Source: Octopus vulgaris
Lineage: Eukaryota
Assembly: GCA_951406725.2 (NCBI GenBank)
Contig: OX597822.1
Coordinates: forward strand, 8,742,001 to 8,806,000
DNA length: 64,000 bases
Reading direction: 5' to 3'
This document shows positions 14,001 through 28,190 of the stretch, piece by piece. A model generated the notes under the pieces. That model searched no databases. It saw only the letters and a program-made list of their open reading frames with translations, and had not been told where the DNA came from. Made by a program: the position numbers and the translations under genes. Each line of letters starts with the position of its first letter. Position 1 is the first letter of the stretch.

Positions 14001-14030
<30 letters not shown>
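13575..14030. repeat. (TA)n, (TG)n and (TATG)n microsatellites
   Basis: Directly visible, with unique spacers between tracts. Confidence 0.9.
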
Positions 14031-14031
<1 letters not shown>

Positions 14032-14679
14032 GAATACCATACGAAACTATCAATGGTGCAGAAACAAGGGTGTATTCAACAAATTAGGAATATTTAATCA
14101 GAGGCGTGTAAATAATCGTGATATTTAAAAAAAATTTTCTGCCTGATTGAAACAAGGATATTGGTTTTTGAAAATAGTGTCTTCAAAATATCGTTTCCAA
14201 AGACACGTCTAAAAGTTAGAGGTACTAAAAACGTTTGATTAGCTTACATAGAGCTCTTTTCAATAGCAATTTGGTTTCGTAAATGTTTCAGCTTGTAATT
14301 CTCTTTGAAAAGTTTAATACAAAGTCTCTTTCAGAAGTTTCCGAAACAAAATATTTCCCTTCTTACCGTTTTATGCTTGTATACACAATAATAAGGTTTT
14401 ACAAGTATTCCAAGTGCTTGTATTATTTTTGTAAAAAAATAATATATATTCACTAGCATTTTGATAAGGAAGTTGAAATTATTGATACTGATTCGGAATT
14501 CATTCAAAATATATGAATTTGTATTATATTTTATAATAAAATGTAGGTTATAAAGTAAAACTGATTAAGATTGCACTGAGTTTATAGGTAAGATTCAAAA
14601 ACCTATTATAAGAAGTAAAATGACAAATTTCGTTCTGTATTGTCATATATTAGAAGCAATAAAATAATGGTTTATCAAT

Positions 14680-14790
14680 AGGCAGCGAGCTGGCAGGAAC
14701 GTCAGCACGCCGGGCGAAATGCTTAGCAATATTTCGTCTGCAGCTACGTTCTGAGTTCGAATTCCCCCGAGGCTTGTGCCTAGAATAGAA
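14680..14790 (+). mobile_element. SINE family B, head plus deleted body
   Basis: ggcagcgagctggcagg..gcacgccgggcgaaatgcttagc..gttctgagttcgaatt. Confidence 0.8.
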
Positions 14791-15667
14791 AACAATAATG
14801 GTTTATCAGATCAGATAAGATATATATTGCCGTATAAATCACATTAGGATATATTAAAACCGTAACCAGGCATAACTTAGGGATAAACATCGGGCCACGC
14901 AGGTTCCATTCTTGCTATTGACTTTAAAATCATAGGTGATTCTTTGCCAGATTTAACTGCGGTTTTCATATCTTCATGAAAGGAAATAATATCATTTAAC
15001 ATGTTATCAGACACTTAAACTTTCCTTAAGCTCATTCCTCAGTATATGCCGCTTTATTATTTTGGTCAGCTGCATTGATAGCAATGTGAAGTTCCACAGA
15101 AAGTATGTAAAATTAAATATGTTTCTGCTGCCTCTTAAATATATGTTATACCGTTAAAGTGTATATCATATCAATCTTATATTATCGCAAACTAAAGTCA
15201 CGTATATATTCAGGATGCTTTTCTCATAGATGCATATTCAATTTGTTTAGGATCTAACCGACCAAATTCTTACCGCCAATGCGAAATTTATATCCTCAAA
15301 TTTTTTTACCTATAGAGGGAAATAGCGTTCAGCCTTAAACAAGCAACACTTTTCTGAAGAGATCGGACATTCCAAGAATCAATACTTTGTTCCTGAAACT
15401 CATTCTTAGCGTCTCTTTTACTATGATGCGATGAGTGCTTAACGACTTAGACATAAAAATTTGAAAAGTCAGAGCATGTGTGAGTAATGCAAGGATTTCT
15501 TTCGATTTTAATTTCTCGTTCGAGCAAAGCAATGCAGTGTGTTTGAATTACATTCTTTGATATTAATAGGGAGAACGAGCAGGGAAAACATTAATGAGGT
15601 TTTTAAAGTTGGAAAGAGTAACAACTGCAATTTTCAAAATTTTAGTGTTCAAACAAAGGACATAACT

Positions 15668-16076
15668 CTCTTTTCCTCTCTTACTCTTTTACTTGTTTCA
15701 GTCATTTGACTGCGGCCATGCTGGTGCACCGCCTTTAGTCGAGCAAATCGACCCCGGGACTTATTCCTTGTACTTATTCTATCGGTCTCTTTTGCCGAAC
15801 CGCTAAGTGACGGGGTCGTAAACACACCATCATCGGTTGTCAAGCAATGCCAGGGGGACAAACACAGACACACAAACATATACACACACTTATATATATA
15901 TATACATATATACGACAGGCTTCTTTCGGTTTCCGTCTACCAAATCCACTCACAAGGCATTGGTCGGCCCGGGGCTATCGCAGAAGACACTTGCCCAAGA
16001 TGCCACGCAGTGGGACTGAACCCAGAACCATGTGGTTGGTTAACAAGCTACTTACCACATAGCCACTCCTGCGCCT
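15668..16076 (-). mobile_element. SINE family A, full length
   Basis: Reverse complement of the 10087/61569 family from head to tail. Confidence 0.92.
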
Positions 16077-16594
16077 AGTAACAACTTACTTTTATCATCG
16101 TATATACGAAATCCCATTCTGAACTCTACGCATTAAGTAAAACATTGAACATAATTTAGTAAATATGTATTATGTGTTGAAATAATTTTCAGTTTATTTC
16201 AAATGCAGCCCATGTACGAAACTATTAACATGTTTTCAAATGAAACAACTATTAAAGATTTCATTATAATGGTACAGAGTTGTGTATTACCAACCGGATG
16301 TTTTGAACTTGTTGAAACATTAAGGTGTTGCAAATAAAGATATAAATCTCGCGAAAAACAAACGTACAGTATTTCGGAATTATAACTCTTCCAACTAAAT
16401 GGGTAGGGACTAATAAAACATAGAAATTATGGCGCCCGTAAAGTGATTTTATGCATGTCAGATATCACAGACTCATACTTATACACATACTTACAGAAAT
16501 ATTTACATTTATGAATATAAGCATGTATATGTAAATATGTATGTACATATGTAAGTACCTGGCAACGAGAATATTATTTTCCTTCTTTCTTCAA

Positions 16595-17597
16595 ATTTTC
16601 TTCCGTATTCTACTGGTGCTAAGACTCTGCACCCTGAGATTAGGTGGTCTATAATTTCAATCTCATTGTTACAGAATCGGGATTTTGAGTCAGCTCCATT
16701 TTTTATCACATTGGCTTGGTAGTTCCGGGTTAATAAGCTCTGGTCTTGAGCAGCTAATATGAAACCTTCACTCTCGGATTTTAGCCCTGAGCTTCGTAAC
16801 CATTGGTGCGTGTGTTTGTTGTTGACATCAGCTTGTTTGCTACGGGCCACATACTTGCCATGCAGAGGTTTCTGTTCCCATCTGCTAGCTAATTTTTCGT
16901 GTGCTTTTGTCTTTGCAATTAATTTTATTTTCTTTGCAGCAGCAGTTGGCGCATTTCCTTCAACCTGATCGATCTGGTATCTAAGAGATCAGTAGCAAAT
17001 ATTTTGCTCCCTTTGAGAATAGAGTGAAGTTTTTTATGTCTTTCATGTTTTTCAACAAGTTTTAGCATCCAATCGTTGGTTGCTTCAAGGTATTTGGCCA
17101 GTCCGATTGTGGTAGTTTTGTTTGTAAGTTCAAGCTGGATCAAAGCTCGACCTCCCTGAGCTCTGGGAAGGTAAAGGCGATCCACGTCTGCCTTTGGGTG
17201 GTGCATCTTATTACAAGTCAGTAGCTTGCGGATTTTCCTGTCAATTTTCATTATTTCACTAGTATTCCAGTTAAGCACATTGAAGCTATAAAGAATAACT
17301 GGTACTGCTAAGGAATTTATGGCTAAAACCTTATTATATGCATTCAGCTCAGGCTTCAGAACTGCTCGAACTCTTCTATAACATTCCTTCCTAACCTTCA
17401 TTTATTCCAGAGCCTTCATTTATTCCTAGATATTTATAGGTTTCTTCCTGCTCAAGTTCCTTTATTACTGTTTCGACATCTAATTCGATTGAACTAGACT
17501 TTACCAATTTCCATTTCTTAAAAGTGACTTTGGTACAGTTTTCAAGGCCAAACTCCATCCCGATATCATCACTGAATCCTTTCACAGTATGTAGTAG

Positions 17598-17600
<3 letters not shown>
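16595..17600 (-). mobile_element. R4/Dong-like LINE fragment (RT C-terminus to zinc-knuckle region)
   Basis: FSDDIGMEFGLENC, YKYLGINE, NKVLAINSLAVPVILYSF, HHPKADVDRLYLPRAQGGRAL, LKSESEGFILAAQDQSL, DHLISGCRVLA; 5' end abuts a trinucleotide tract. Confidence 0.9.
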
Positions 17601-17656
<56 letters not shown>

Positions 17657-17703
17657 TATCGTTGTCGTCGTCGTCGTTGTCGTTGTTGTTGTTGTTGTTG
17701 TTG

Positions 17704-17770
<67 letters not shown>

Positions 17771-17775
17771 TATTA
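17601..17775. repeat. Compound trinucleotide microsatellite (ATC)n(GTC/GTT)n(ATT)n
   Basis: Directly visible. Confidence 0.97.
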
Positions 17776-17873
17776 TACACCTGCACCCATACTTAGACAC
17801 TGATCTGCGTATATTTTCTACCTATCCACCTACCTATCTACCTATGTATCTATCTCTATATATAAGTAGTGAC

Positions 17874-18347
17874 GGGTAAATTGTCACTATTTCATATTTT
17901 TAATTTCGAATATGCGCATTCTTTGTTTTTGATTTTGAGATTATACACTATAGTAGGATCTGTTGGGCACTGTCTGTGAGAAGAACAGCGCCATAACGTA
18001 CTTCACTCTGCCAGAAATTTGGAAATGACATGCTTTACTGCTTAGCATTCACGCTAGAAGCTCTAATACGAATATGTCAGAGAGTTTGGGTGTCAATCTG
18101 AGGACAGTGCAAACTGAGGACATGTACGGAGAATCATAAAGATCAAACATCCAGTCAGCATCATGGCATTTGGAGTGATCACACGTTATGCCTCCTTTCA
18201 ACTCCGCACATAACCTCAGACTCAACATGGATGCCTACATCAACACGGAGGCCTACATACGGGGTCCAACTGACCCTACTATACTATATAGTCAACAAAA
18301 TCTTTTAAAAGTCCATACGTGAAAATAAAAAATGGTGACAACTTACC
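17874..18347 (+). mobile_element. Internally deleted Tc1/mariner-superfamily DNA transposon (MITE-like)
   Basis: Imperfect ~90-bp terminal inverted repeats (ggtaaattgtcactattt..tatagtaggatctgttgg / ccaactgaccctactata..aaatggtgacaacttacc); internal HPVSIMAFGVI and LRLNMDAYI transposase remnants. Confidence 0.7.
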
Positions 18348-19231
18348 AATCTCAGCTTGTATATAAGTGCGCATGTAAATATGTGTGTTTATATGTGTGC
18401 ATATATGTATTATAGGAACGCACGAATATGCAACATTCATTCATGTGCCATACATACATTGCGATGCTTGAACTCATCAAAGTGGGATCCACTATGCATT
18501 GGATCTCTTTGATTCCGAATAAGCATGTCGACTGCTTATTCAGAATCAAAAAGTAACTCACCTAAAGTATAATATCGAAATATAGTATAGAACAAAGTTT
18601 TAGATAGTGAAAGGTCTCTGAACGCCAATCGTGTCACCTTAGAAGATTCAAATGAAATGCATACTGCATTAAGGCTTTCTCAGTTGGCTTTTGACCAAAT
18701 TGTGACATTCATAAAGATATATCTGGTTCTGAATCTATCAAAAAATTATGGAAGTTAATGAAAGTTTTTCAATTTATAATATTACATGTATAAGACCCTT
18801 CTGCATATGTATCAATAGGTTAGTGCTATAAACAGATAGCATTACTTAATCTTCACCACAATGATCGATTTCATTGATTACTCTAGTACGTTCGATAATT
18901 CATTAATTAAAGTCTATGCTATCTACATTCAGAAAGCAATTCAAACGAGAAAATCTATACGACATAAGAATTTGTTTCCCTGCATTGACTTAAATCTTGA
19001 AGATATCGTTGGCTGTGTAATTATCCTCGTATTTAAATGCTGTTATTGGAATTCATTGCTGTTCATCTTTACGGTGTCAATAAAGTCCTATTCAAGTACT
19101 GGGGTGGATGATTACCCATACTCACTTTCTCTTTTAACATTCCTGGCATTGTGCCAAAATTAGTAACTACTACTACTGCTACTGTTGCTGTTGTTGTTAG
19201 TTTTATTCTTACTTTTATTGTTAAAGCGGCA

Positions 19232-19730
19232 AAGGCAGCGAGCTGGCAGAGACGTTAGCACGCCGGGCGAAATGCTTAGCGGTATTTCGTCTGACGCTAC
19301 GTTCTGAGTTCAAATTCCGCCGAGGTCGACTTTGCCTTTCATCCTTTCGGGGTCGATAAATTAAGTATCAGTTACGCACTGGGGTCGATGTAATCGACTT
19401 AACACCTATGTCTGTCCTTGTCTGTTCCCTCTGTGTTTAGCCCCTTGTGGGTAATAAAGAAATAGGTATTTCGTCTGTCTTTAAGTTCTGGTTTCAAATT
19501 CCGACAAGGTCGACTTTGCATTTCATCCTTTCGGGGTGTTGCGTACTATGGTCGATCTAATTGACTGGCCCCCTCCTTCAAAATTTCGGGCCTTGTATCT
19601 AGAGTATGAAACTATCGTTAGCACGCCGGGCAAAATGCTTAAGGAGGCTTCGTCTATCTTTACGTTCTCAGTTCAATTTCCGCTGAAGTTGAAACTGCGT
19701 TTCATCCAATTGGGGCCGATAAATTAAGTA
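19232..19730 (+). mobile_element. SINE family B, tandem composite (one full unit plus two partial units)
   Basis: tttcgtct..gttctgagttcaaattccgccgaggtcgactttgcctttcatcctttcgggg recurs at ~19285, ~19470 and ~19650. Confidence 0.85.
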
Positions 19731-19759
19731 AACAAAATTTCATACGTTTGCGCAAATAC

Positions 19760-21720
19760 TCAATCTTAAATTTTTTGTCATTTTTTTCTCCATCAATCAA
19801 TCCATTTTCAGTTTCCCCAAATATTTATAGCCTGTCTGTTCAGTTATCGCTAACCCATTCATATATTTGACTTTATCTCTCTTCATCACTAACACAACAC
19901 ACTTTTTCAGTCTGAAATCCATTCTGACATCAGCACTGAAAGTATACACTCGGGATTTATCTTTACCTTAAAGTTTGAGGTCATCCATGAATAACAAGTG
20001 TTTGACATTCTGTTGGCGGCTCTTGAATACATACTCGGCCTTTGCTTTCCTCAGAGTCTTCGTGTGATCATGCACAGAACAAAGATCAGTGGGGACAGGT
20101 AGTCCCCTTGGAAATCACCTGATTTCTGTTGTTCCTAAATTTCTTCCATATGCTGTCAGTTCCGTCCTCCACTTCGCCATACATTTTCCAAGCAATCGAT
20201 TAACATTCGATGCAATACCAAATAGGTTCATAGATTCCATACTCCAAAAATATGGGATCATATCGCAAGCCTTACGATAATCGATCCATGACATGACTAA
20301 GATAGTTTGCTCGATAGTTTTGTCGACCAGGAGTTGATACTTGCTGCTTCTGCACTTACGCTCGCAACCCTTCAGCTCATTTGGCAGGACTTCATATTTT
20401 CCAGATGTCCGTGCATTGATTCTGCGACTATTCCAGTCAATAATTTTCACATAAGTGGGAAGCAGGATATTGGCCTGTAATTGTCCGCTGTATTGTCTTT
20501 TCCCGTGTTTCTCAAACACAGCCCTCTCCTATCCATTGTCAACCATTCTGGCGTTACTTGGTTTGCACTTAACAAGGTGCTGAGTTATACAGCTATTCGT
20601 GCGTGACATTCACCGAACCATTTGATCCAGTAGCCTTGAATTCCATCTGGTCCCTGGGCCTTCCAGTTGTCCATTTCACTTTTTTTCTTTTTCAGCTGAT
20701 TTCCTTCACTTTCCTAACTGAAATATCTAGTTCCGTCTGTTTTGGACAGACTAATGTTTGTTTCAGTTCTTACAACCATTCAGAATCCTTCTTGTGCTCC
20801 TTGTCTTTGCTCCAGATGTCACTCCAAATCCTTTGAATTTCAATGTTGTCTGGTATCAACTTTTCATCTGTACACTTTCCATTTATTTCTTTGTAGAATC
20901 TCATTTGATCTATTCTTAATAACCTATAGTTCTGGTATCCCCTCATTCTTTGGTCGTATCTTACCGTCTTTGCTTTCTTTGCAACGAGGCGCTGTTTCGG
21001 TTCCTTCGTTAGCAATTTCAGGCCCCGTCTTTCAATATCCTACTTCCTGTTTAGTACCCTTTTTAATGTTGCAAATGAAATCATGTTGCTATTGTTCTTC
21101 TGTAGCCTTGCTGTCGTAGATTGCCTTTTGCTCATCTGTCATGTCACCATTAGTTTTATTGTCTTCTTTCAAACTATCTATACGTCTCTCATCGAACAAG
21201 CTATCACTGTTCCCTTCCTATAGTTTATTAGATATTTCATCTCTGCTTTCTGCTGAGATTAAATTTATTAATAGGAAATGTATTTTCATCGTTTCCTCTG
21301 TAGATGTGTTCCAATACCCAACATTTGATAGCTTCGAGCTCTACTTCTGTGAACCAATGTTTTTTTTTTTACATTACTCTAGCTTGATCACATAGTCTTC
21401 TTTCTTTCCATTGATCATACATACGTTGTCTGTATCCCCTAATATAAACACCATTTTCGTCTACTGGGTTGGTCAGGTAGTAAAAATTCATGACCACAGC
21501 ATTGACTTGCTTGTTCCATCTACGCGGTGTGTGCTGGTCCCTTGCTGTATAACGACAGGCTGGGCTCAGTGCAGTATATCTGAGCCTTCCAGGTGCAACA
21601 CTGTCACCATCAAGGGATTCAGTTTCATTACCACCTGTTATTCATAATATTTTGATTTTTTCATTGTCACTCATATGAGGTAGCCATTATCAAGTTGCCC
21701 AATTACCAGTGTTTTTATTG
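19760..21720 (-). mobile_element. R4/Dong-like LINE fragment (N-terminal region and RT)
   Basis: IWSDIWSKDKEHKKDSEWL, WKAQGPDG..GYW, SWIDYRKACDMIP, KWRTELTAYGRNLGTTEIR, HLLFMDDLKL, YKYLG. Confidence 0.88.
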
Positions 21721-22223
21721 TGACACCTGCACTAGATGTATCATCAATTAAGTCATAGGCAGATACCAACCGCTTCCTTCCATTATTACTTTAATTTTTT
21801 TACTAATTGTTCATTTTTTAATATTTCCTCTGATCTAACACGAGTTTTGGTTAAATTACTATTATTATTGTTGTTGTTGCTGATATTATTATCATTATTT
21901 CCATTTATTTCCATGGTATTATTAAATGTTGTTTAGTTTGAACTTTGGCCGTGTACTTGAGATAAGCATAAATATATGAGAATTGAAGGCAGAAATATTA
22001 GGCGGAAATGAAACAGCTTGGTGCATAGACCAAATTCTACAGGCCTGTAAATATATAAGGCAGATCGTGAGGATATCAGTAACAGACATTCCTGCGTGAT
22101 AAGGAGACCAACGAGGCCTCACACCCTTGGAGTCAGCAGACGTCAAATGTTTTTACTACTACTAGCGATTAATGAGAACACTGACCTTGGCTTTGAAGAG
22201 GAATAATTCTCCTTGTTCTTTTC

Positions 22224-22273
<50 letters not shown>

Positions 22274-22274
22274 A

Positions 22275-22710
22275 ACATAACAATTATCCGGTTGCCATAA
22301 TAAAACTCTGAGTTTCGGATGTCGGGGTGGAAGTCTGCTCTGGCATCTCAGCAGTCATTAAGACAAACAAAAATGCTATGAAAATGGCCATTAAATAAAG
22401 GGAAAAAACCGAAGGGGAGAAAGTAAAGAAACGCTTAAAGAATTCGCGTAGGCGCGCATGGACATACATACACATGCGGTGGAGTGGGGGTATGTGAGGG
22501 GAAATGGGAGACGGGTGATGGCGGGACGTGTGCAGGGGAGAGAGCAGATGCACGATCCACGGAACGTGCTCTGGCAAGGGCGGTGTGGATAGTGGTGAGG
22601 GGATATCCACTTCGGATGAAGTGGCGAGCCATAAGTTGAGACACAATCTCAAAGTCATGGCTGTCACTGCAGATCCTGCGCAGATGGAGGAATTGAGAAC
22701 AGGGGAGGGA
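22275..22710 (-). mobile_element. Penelope-like element fragment: RT thumb region joined to a pseudo-LTR with a degenerate hammerhead
   Basis: Minus strand reads LPCSQFLHLRRICSDSHDFEIVSQLMARHFIRSGYPLTTIHTALARARSVDRASAL, a PLE RT C-terminal signature; downstream ctgctga-gatg..catc-cgaaac-tcagagt at ~22304-22356. Confidence 0.8.
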
Positions 22711-22729
22711 AATTATTATTATTATTGTT

Positions 22730-23492
22730 ATTCAGTAGTTTTATTTTTTTTATAGCGTGCTTTCACTTCACTACCGAGCACAGCTCTGTGTGCCTTGGGT
22801 ATGTGCTGTGATTTGTTGTGATGCTCTGATGGTTATTGTATGGAAAGTGTTCTGCGTAGGATGTGTGCAGTGCCCAGTAGTGCAATTTTCTGTATGTTAT
22901 ATGTGTTTGTAAGTCCTGGTGTTTTTGTTATGTATTTGTCTGAATATTTTTTTATCATGCCTAATGCACCTACTATGATAGGAATTGTTTCTGTTTTCAG
23001 ATTCCACATTCTAGTTACCTCTATTTCCAGGTCTTTGTATTTTGAGAGTTTCTCCATTTCTTTTAGAGACACGTTGTCATCTGCCGGTACTGATACATCA
23101 ATTAGAAAGCATTTTTTTCTTCATGGTCTCTGACAACTATATCTGGTCTGTTGGCCTTAATTTCTCTATCTGTGTGTATCGGCATATCCCAGAGTATGGT
23201 TGCTTTCTCGTTTTCTGTGACCTTTTCTGGTGTGTGCCTATACCATCTTTTTTCTGTTGTTATTCCATAATGTTGGCATAGCTTCCAATGTATGTAAGTT
23301 CCAACTCTGTCATGTCTGTGAATATATTCCTTCTTAGCCAGGACTGGGCAGCTAGAGATAATATGATTTATTGTTTCTTGTCCATCTCCACATATTCTGC
23401 AGTTACTTGTAATATTTCTTTTCATTACATGTTTTTGGTAATTTCTGGTGGGGAGGCTTTGGTCTTGTGCTGCAATTAAAAATCCCTCTGTT
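22730..23492 (-). mobile_element. Young 5'-truncated R4/Dong-like LINE 3' end (zinc knuckle + RLE + 3' UTR)
   Basis: CRICGDGQETINHIISSCPVLAKKEYIHRHD, NRPDIVV, EKLSKYKDL, IPIIVGALG, QKIALLGTAHILRRTL; flanked by (TAA)n/(GAA)n. Confidence 0.93.
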
Positions 23493-23493
23493 T

Positions 23494-23785
<292 letters not shown>

Positions 23786-23790
23786 TATTA

Positions 23791-23919
<129 letters not shown>

Positions 23920-23928
23920 TTATTATTA

Positions 23929-23985
<57 letters not shown>

Positions 23986-23990
<5 letters not shown>

Positions 23991-24515
23991 TAGTTTTATT
24001 TTTATTTTTATAGCGTGCTTTCACTTCACTACCGAGCGCAGCTCTGTGTGCCTTGGGTATGTGCTGTGATTTGTTGTGATGCTCTGATGGTTATTGTATG
24101 GAAAGTGTTCTGCGTAGGATGTGGGCAGTGCCTAGTAGTGCAATTTTCTGTATGTTATATGTGTTTGTAAGTCCTGGTGTTTTTGTTATGTATTTGTCTG
24201 AATATTTTTTTATCATGCCTAATGCACCTACTATGATAGGAATTGTTTCTGTTTTCAGATTCCACATTCTAGTTACCTCTATTTCCAGGTCTTTGTATTT
24301 TGAGAGTTTCTCCATTTCTTTTAGAGACACGTTGTCATCTGCCGGTATTGATACATCAATTAAAAAGCATTTTTTTTCTTCATGATCTCTGACAACTATA
24401 TCTGGTCTGTTGGCCTTAATTTCTCTATCTGTGTGTATCGGCATATCCCAGAGTATGGTTGCTTTCTCGTTTTCTGTGACCTTTTCTGGTGTGTGCCTAT
24501 ACCATCTTTTTTCTG

Positions 24516-24518
<3 letters not shown>
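23986..24518 (-). mobile_element. Second, shorter near-identical copy of the same LINE 3' end (RLE domain intact)
   Basis: ORF 24091-24444 NRPDIVVRDHEEKKCFLIDVSIPADDNV..EKLSKYKDL; same 3' UTR as the 22730 copy. Confidence 0.93.
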
Positions 24519-24574
<56 letters not shown>

Positions 24575-24629
24575 GTTGTTGTTCTTCTTGTTGTTGTTAC
24601 TTTTATTATTATTAATATTGATATTATTT

Positions 24630-25145
24630 TCTTCTACACTCAACCTATTAGACTAACATCGGGCTAGAACAAGTAAACTTGCTTGCCAAGAACCCTCTTA
24701 AGTATCGTAGCAGTCCCTAATAGCACTGATTTATGGAGCTGTACTGAACTGGGCTTGATGTATTTTTCCTCTATCCATCTGTACAGATTTTAGGGATAGT
24801 TCCCAATGCTCCTATAACTACTGGGATACATTTTACCCGCACTTTCCATAGTTTCTCTAATTCAATAGCTAGATCCTGGTACTTTTCAATTTTTTGCATA
24901 TTTCTCATAATTTTTCCATTACTTGGGACTGTAAAGTCAATCATCTGGGGCATTCTATTCCCTTTATTTACTACTACGAAATTAGGCTTTCTAGCTTCAG
25001 TCTGAACGTTAAAGCCCTAAAATATCTTGTATTTATTACTTTCTAGAACTTTAATAGATTTATGTTCATACCATCTATCAGTATGTTCAAATCAATATTC
25101 ACATTGTAATGAAGTTGGAATGTATAGCTCCTATTGCGCATGACC
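24630..25145 (-). mobile_element. Older R4/Dong-like LINE 3' fragment (RLE domain)
   Basis: IDFTVP..KIEKYQDLAIELEKLWKVRVKCIPVVIGALGTIPK; KSVLLGTATILKRVL. Confidence 0.82.
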
Positions 25146-27204
25146 ATCTGCATTACAGCAAGGGTTATGTCATTTCATGATTTCAACGAGACCACAAGTT
25201 TCTAAAAGCCTTTCTGTTATTATATAGGTATTTAAACTTAACCAGGAAAAATCCTCTCTGAAGACATTAGAGTTGTTATACACTTATTAGAACATGAAAA
25301 TCGTACGGTATGAATCGTTGCGCTTATGCAAAAGTGACATAACTCTAAAATGTTGCCTTTTCAGAAAACGGAAAAATAGTTTCAGAATTACATTACTTTT
25401 GACATAAGCAACGATTTCAGCTTTAAAATAATACTTCGTCGGATGAAGAAAATTGTAACTCCATGTATGCATGACATTTTCAGTTTGAAGTATTTTTGCA
25501 AAACGGTCATATGTGGGACTTACAACAGTTTTGAAAAATGCTAAACCAGGAAAATACCATTGTACTACACTTTGAGAATTTCAATATGTTGGCATCTGAA
25601 GCTGCTGGAGATACGATAGTTTGACCAAAAGAATAGGCTATTCCAAGCAAAATTAAATATTGAAAAAAAAAAAAACCGCATTTGGCCAAATTTGGACGTA
25701 CGATAGTTTAACATATGTCAACGATACAATATTTTTATTGTAGGATGTTGAAGTTTCAGAAACGAGAGATTTATGACTAAAAAGATAATATGTCTTGCAG
25801 TAGACGTTCGTGTAGCTTTATTCTGCAATTGCAGATCCTGTTACTAGAGTTCGTCGGAATCGAATAACATTAAAAGAGGATAAAGTATAAATTAATGTTA
25901 TCATTAAAATAATATTATGCTTGGAGTGCAAAAAAGACGAACACAAAACACAATATGCAATATTCAGCGACATCTCTGTAAATTCAGCATTGAAACGCTG
26001 CTGCCGTTGGTAGCGTATTTCATAATTCTGGGCTCATTAAAGTTGCCCAGGAAGGTAATATACAGCTAGGTGAAATGAAGCAATGAAAACTAAATATCAC
26101 TCCGATGCACTATTTACGTGATGCTGTGTTAGTCATTAGCACCATCTCCAGCAGACTACCATTCTATCGACGTGTATAGCTATCATTTTCATCAATTATT
26201 CTCTTTTAGCCAGGCTTAATTTCAATTATATTAGTGGAGCTGTTGATTCGTGTAGAAAATGGCATAGCTTCATATGAAGACATCAAAAAGAAGTCGATTA
26301 AAAATATCAATCAATTTCATCTTGATTTTGCCGGCAGACTGAAAATATCAACCAAAATCACAAAGAATCAACAGGCTGATTCCAATATTCTTGATTTTCT
26401 TTCTTTTTCTATATGCGACTTCTAATTTTGATCTCCTGTGAATGATTGTGCAACTAGCGTGGAAAATACGATAGTTTGAAACAAAGAGACACGTCTGTGT
26501 TCTCTTTTCCGGATCAATAACGCAATGTCACAGAAGACAATTGATTATTTTACAATATTTCTACATTATCGATCAGCATTTTCTGTTAATGTATCTTCCA
26601 TCATAAGGACTTATAATTTATTCTAAATTTCAAATATATATAATTAAACTTGCCAAAACCATATCATTATATTTCTAAAAGTGAAAGATATTTTTCTCTT
26701 TCGCCATTACCACACTAGTCAGAACGAAGCAAATTCAAATATATTTTTAAAAAGTTAAAGGAACAGACTCGTTGTGTTTTTTAATTATGTAATCCACATT
26801 GATTCCCCATGATAACGTCATGTGTTACCTGTAACGTTAAAGACCATATATTCATGAGTTAGTTGTTTGAATAAGTGTAAAATAATGAGGAGGTTATTAC
26901 AAGCTTCAAACATCAATAGTTCCAAGTTGGTTATCTCTTTGGAATTTTAATGTGATGAATTATAGTTGTATATTTTGATTTTAAAAAGGAATGGTTAACC
27001 AAATTGCATATTCTGCCAATTTAATTATCCAGAATATTTCCAAAGAATCGAAATGTGATTTATATAGATAGTTGAAGTTAAATATCTAGATTTTCTTCTG
27101 GAGGACAAATTAAATCGACAATGAAAACTACTCCTTGATCATTTAAACAATATATTTGCTTCTAAATAGTCTAAAATGTCTGCTGTAGATATAAACATAA
27201 AGGT

Positions 27205-27447
27205 AAATCTACCTTCTCGAGTCTTACCGACTCATAAGGGCCGGTTTCCTGGTTTCGAGGCGTATATATTCCCCATCCGGAAGGGACGCCGGTCCGTAGC
27301 AGGTTTACTTATTTTTGTGCGCTTAGTGGACTGGAGCAACGTGAAACGAAGTGCTTTGCTCAAGAACAAAATGTGTCGCCCGGTCCAGGAATGGAAACCA
27401 CAATATTACGATCATGAGCCAAAGACCATAACCACTAAGCCATGCGT
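27205..27447 (-). mobile_element. tRNA-derived SINE (distinct family)
   Basis: Minus strand head gcatggcttagtggtta...ggtttccattcctggaccgg (A/B-box-like) followed by gttcttgagcaaagcactt..ttgctccagtccact. Confidence 0.7.
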
Positions 27448-27706
27448 TTTCACTGCTATAGCTATAAGCTACATCTGCCTCAAAACACAATCTGACCTAT
27501 TTCAAAAACGATCAGTCTTTATACAAAAGGACGAGATATTCAAGATGACGCAGCACCTCTGAGCACAGAACTTTTAAAGAGGGCTTCTTGCAGATCTTGG
27601 AAACGACAGTCATCTGTGAACATCTTGAAGTCGCATATAACAGAGAACTACATCAGCTACAGTATTAAGGGGCAGAGGTGTTAAGGATCATATATATATA
27701 TTTGTG

Positions 27707-28012
27707 TGGAGGCGCAATGGCCTAGTGGTTAGGGCAGCGGACTCGCGGTCGTAGGATCACGGTTTCGATTCCCAGACCGGGCGTTGTGAGTGTTTATTAA
27801 ACGAAAACACCTAAAGCTCCACGAGGCTCCGGCAGGGGATGGTGGTGATCCCTGCTGTACTCTTTCGCCACAACTTTCTCTCACTCTGTCTTCTGTTGGC
27901 CTGCTCGCTTAGCCAGCGAGGTGGCGTCATTTCAAGGTTAAACAATGCGAAGCGCATTGTGACCAGCGATGTGTAACAACATCTGATGGCCTGGTCGGTC
28001 ACGGTGATCACG

Positions 28013-28016
<4 letters not shown>
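27707..28016 (+). mobile_element. tRNA-derived SINE family C
   Basis: ggaggcgcaatggcctagtggttagggcagcggactcgc...ggtttcgattccc tRNA-like head; (cacggtgat)2 tail; second copy at 37475-37640. Confidence 0.85.
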
Positions 28017-28072
<56 letters not shown>

Positions 28073-28190
28073 AATCAAGGAACGGCCATAATAGGCCATT
28101 CACCCACTAGAAATAACAGCCAAAAGCTTTAACCGCAAAATAACATTAATACCGTAAACCAGGAGAAAATTGAAAAACTTTTACCCTGTA

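Noticed and set aside
25280-26520. Possible old DNA-transposon or Helentron remnants (gatacgatagtttga motif twice; similar texture at 14.0-14.4 kb)
   Set aside because: Boundaries, TIRs and coding motifs could not be established by eye.
27707-27780. tRNA gene
   Set aside because: The tRNA-like head continues into a SINE body that recurs at 37.5 kb, and there is no proper acceptor stem or terminator.
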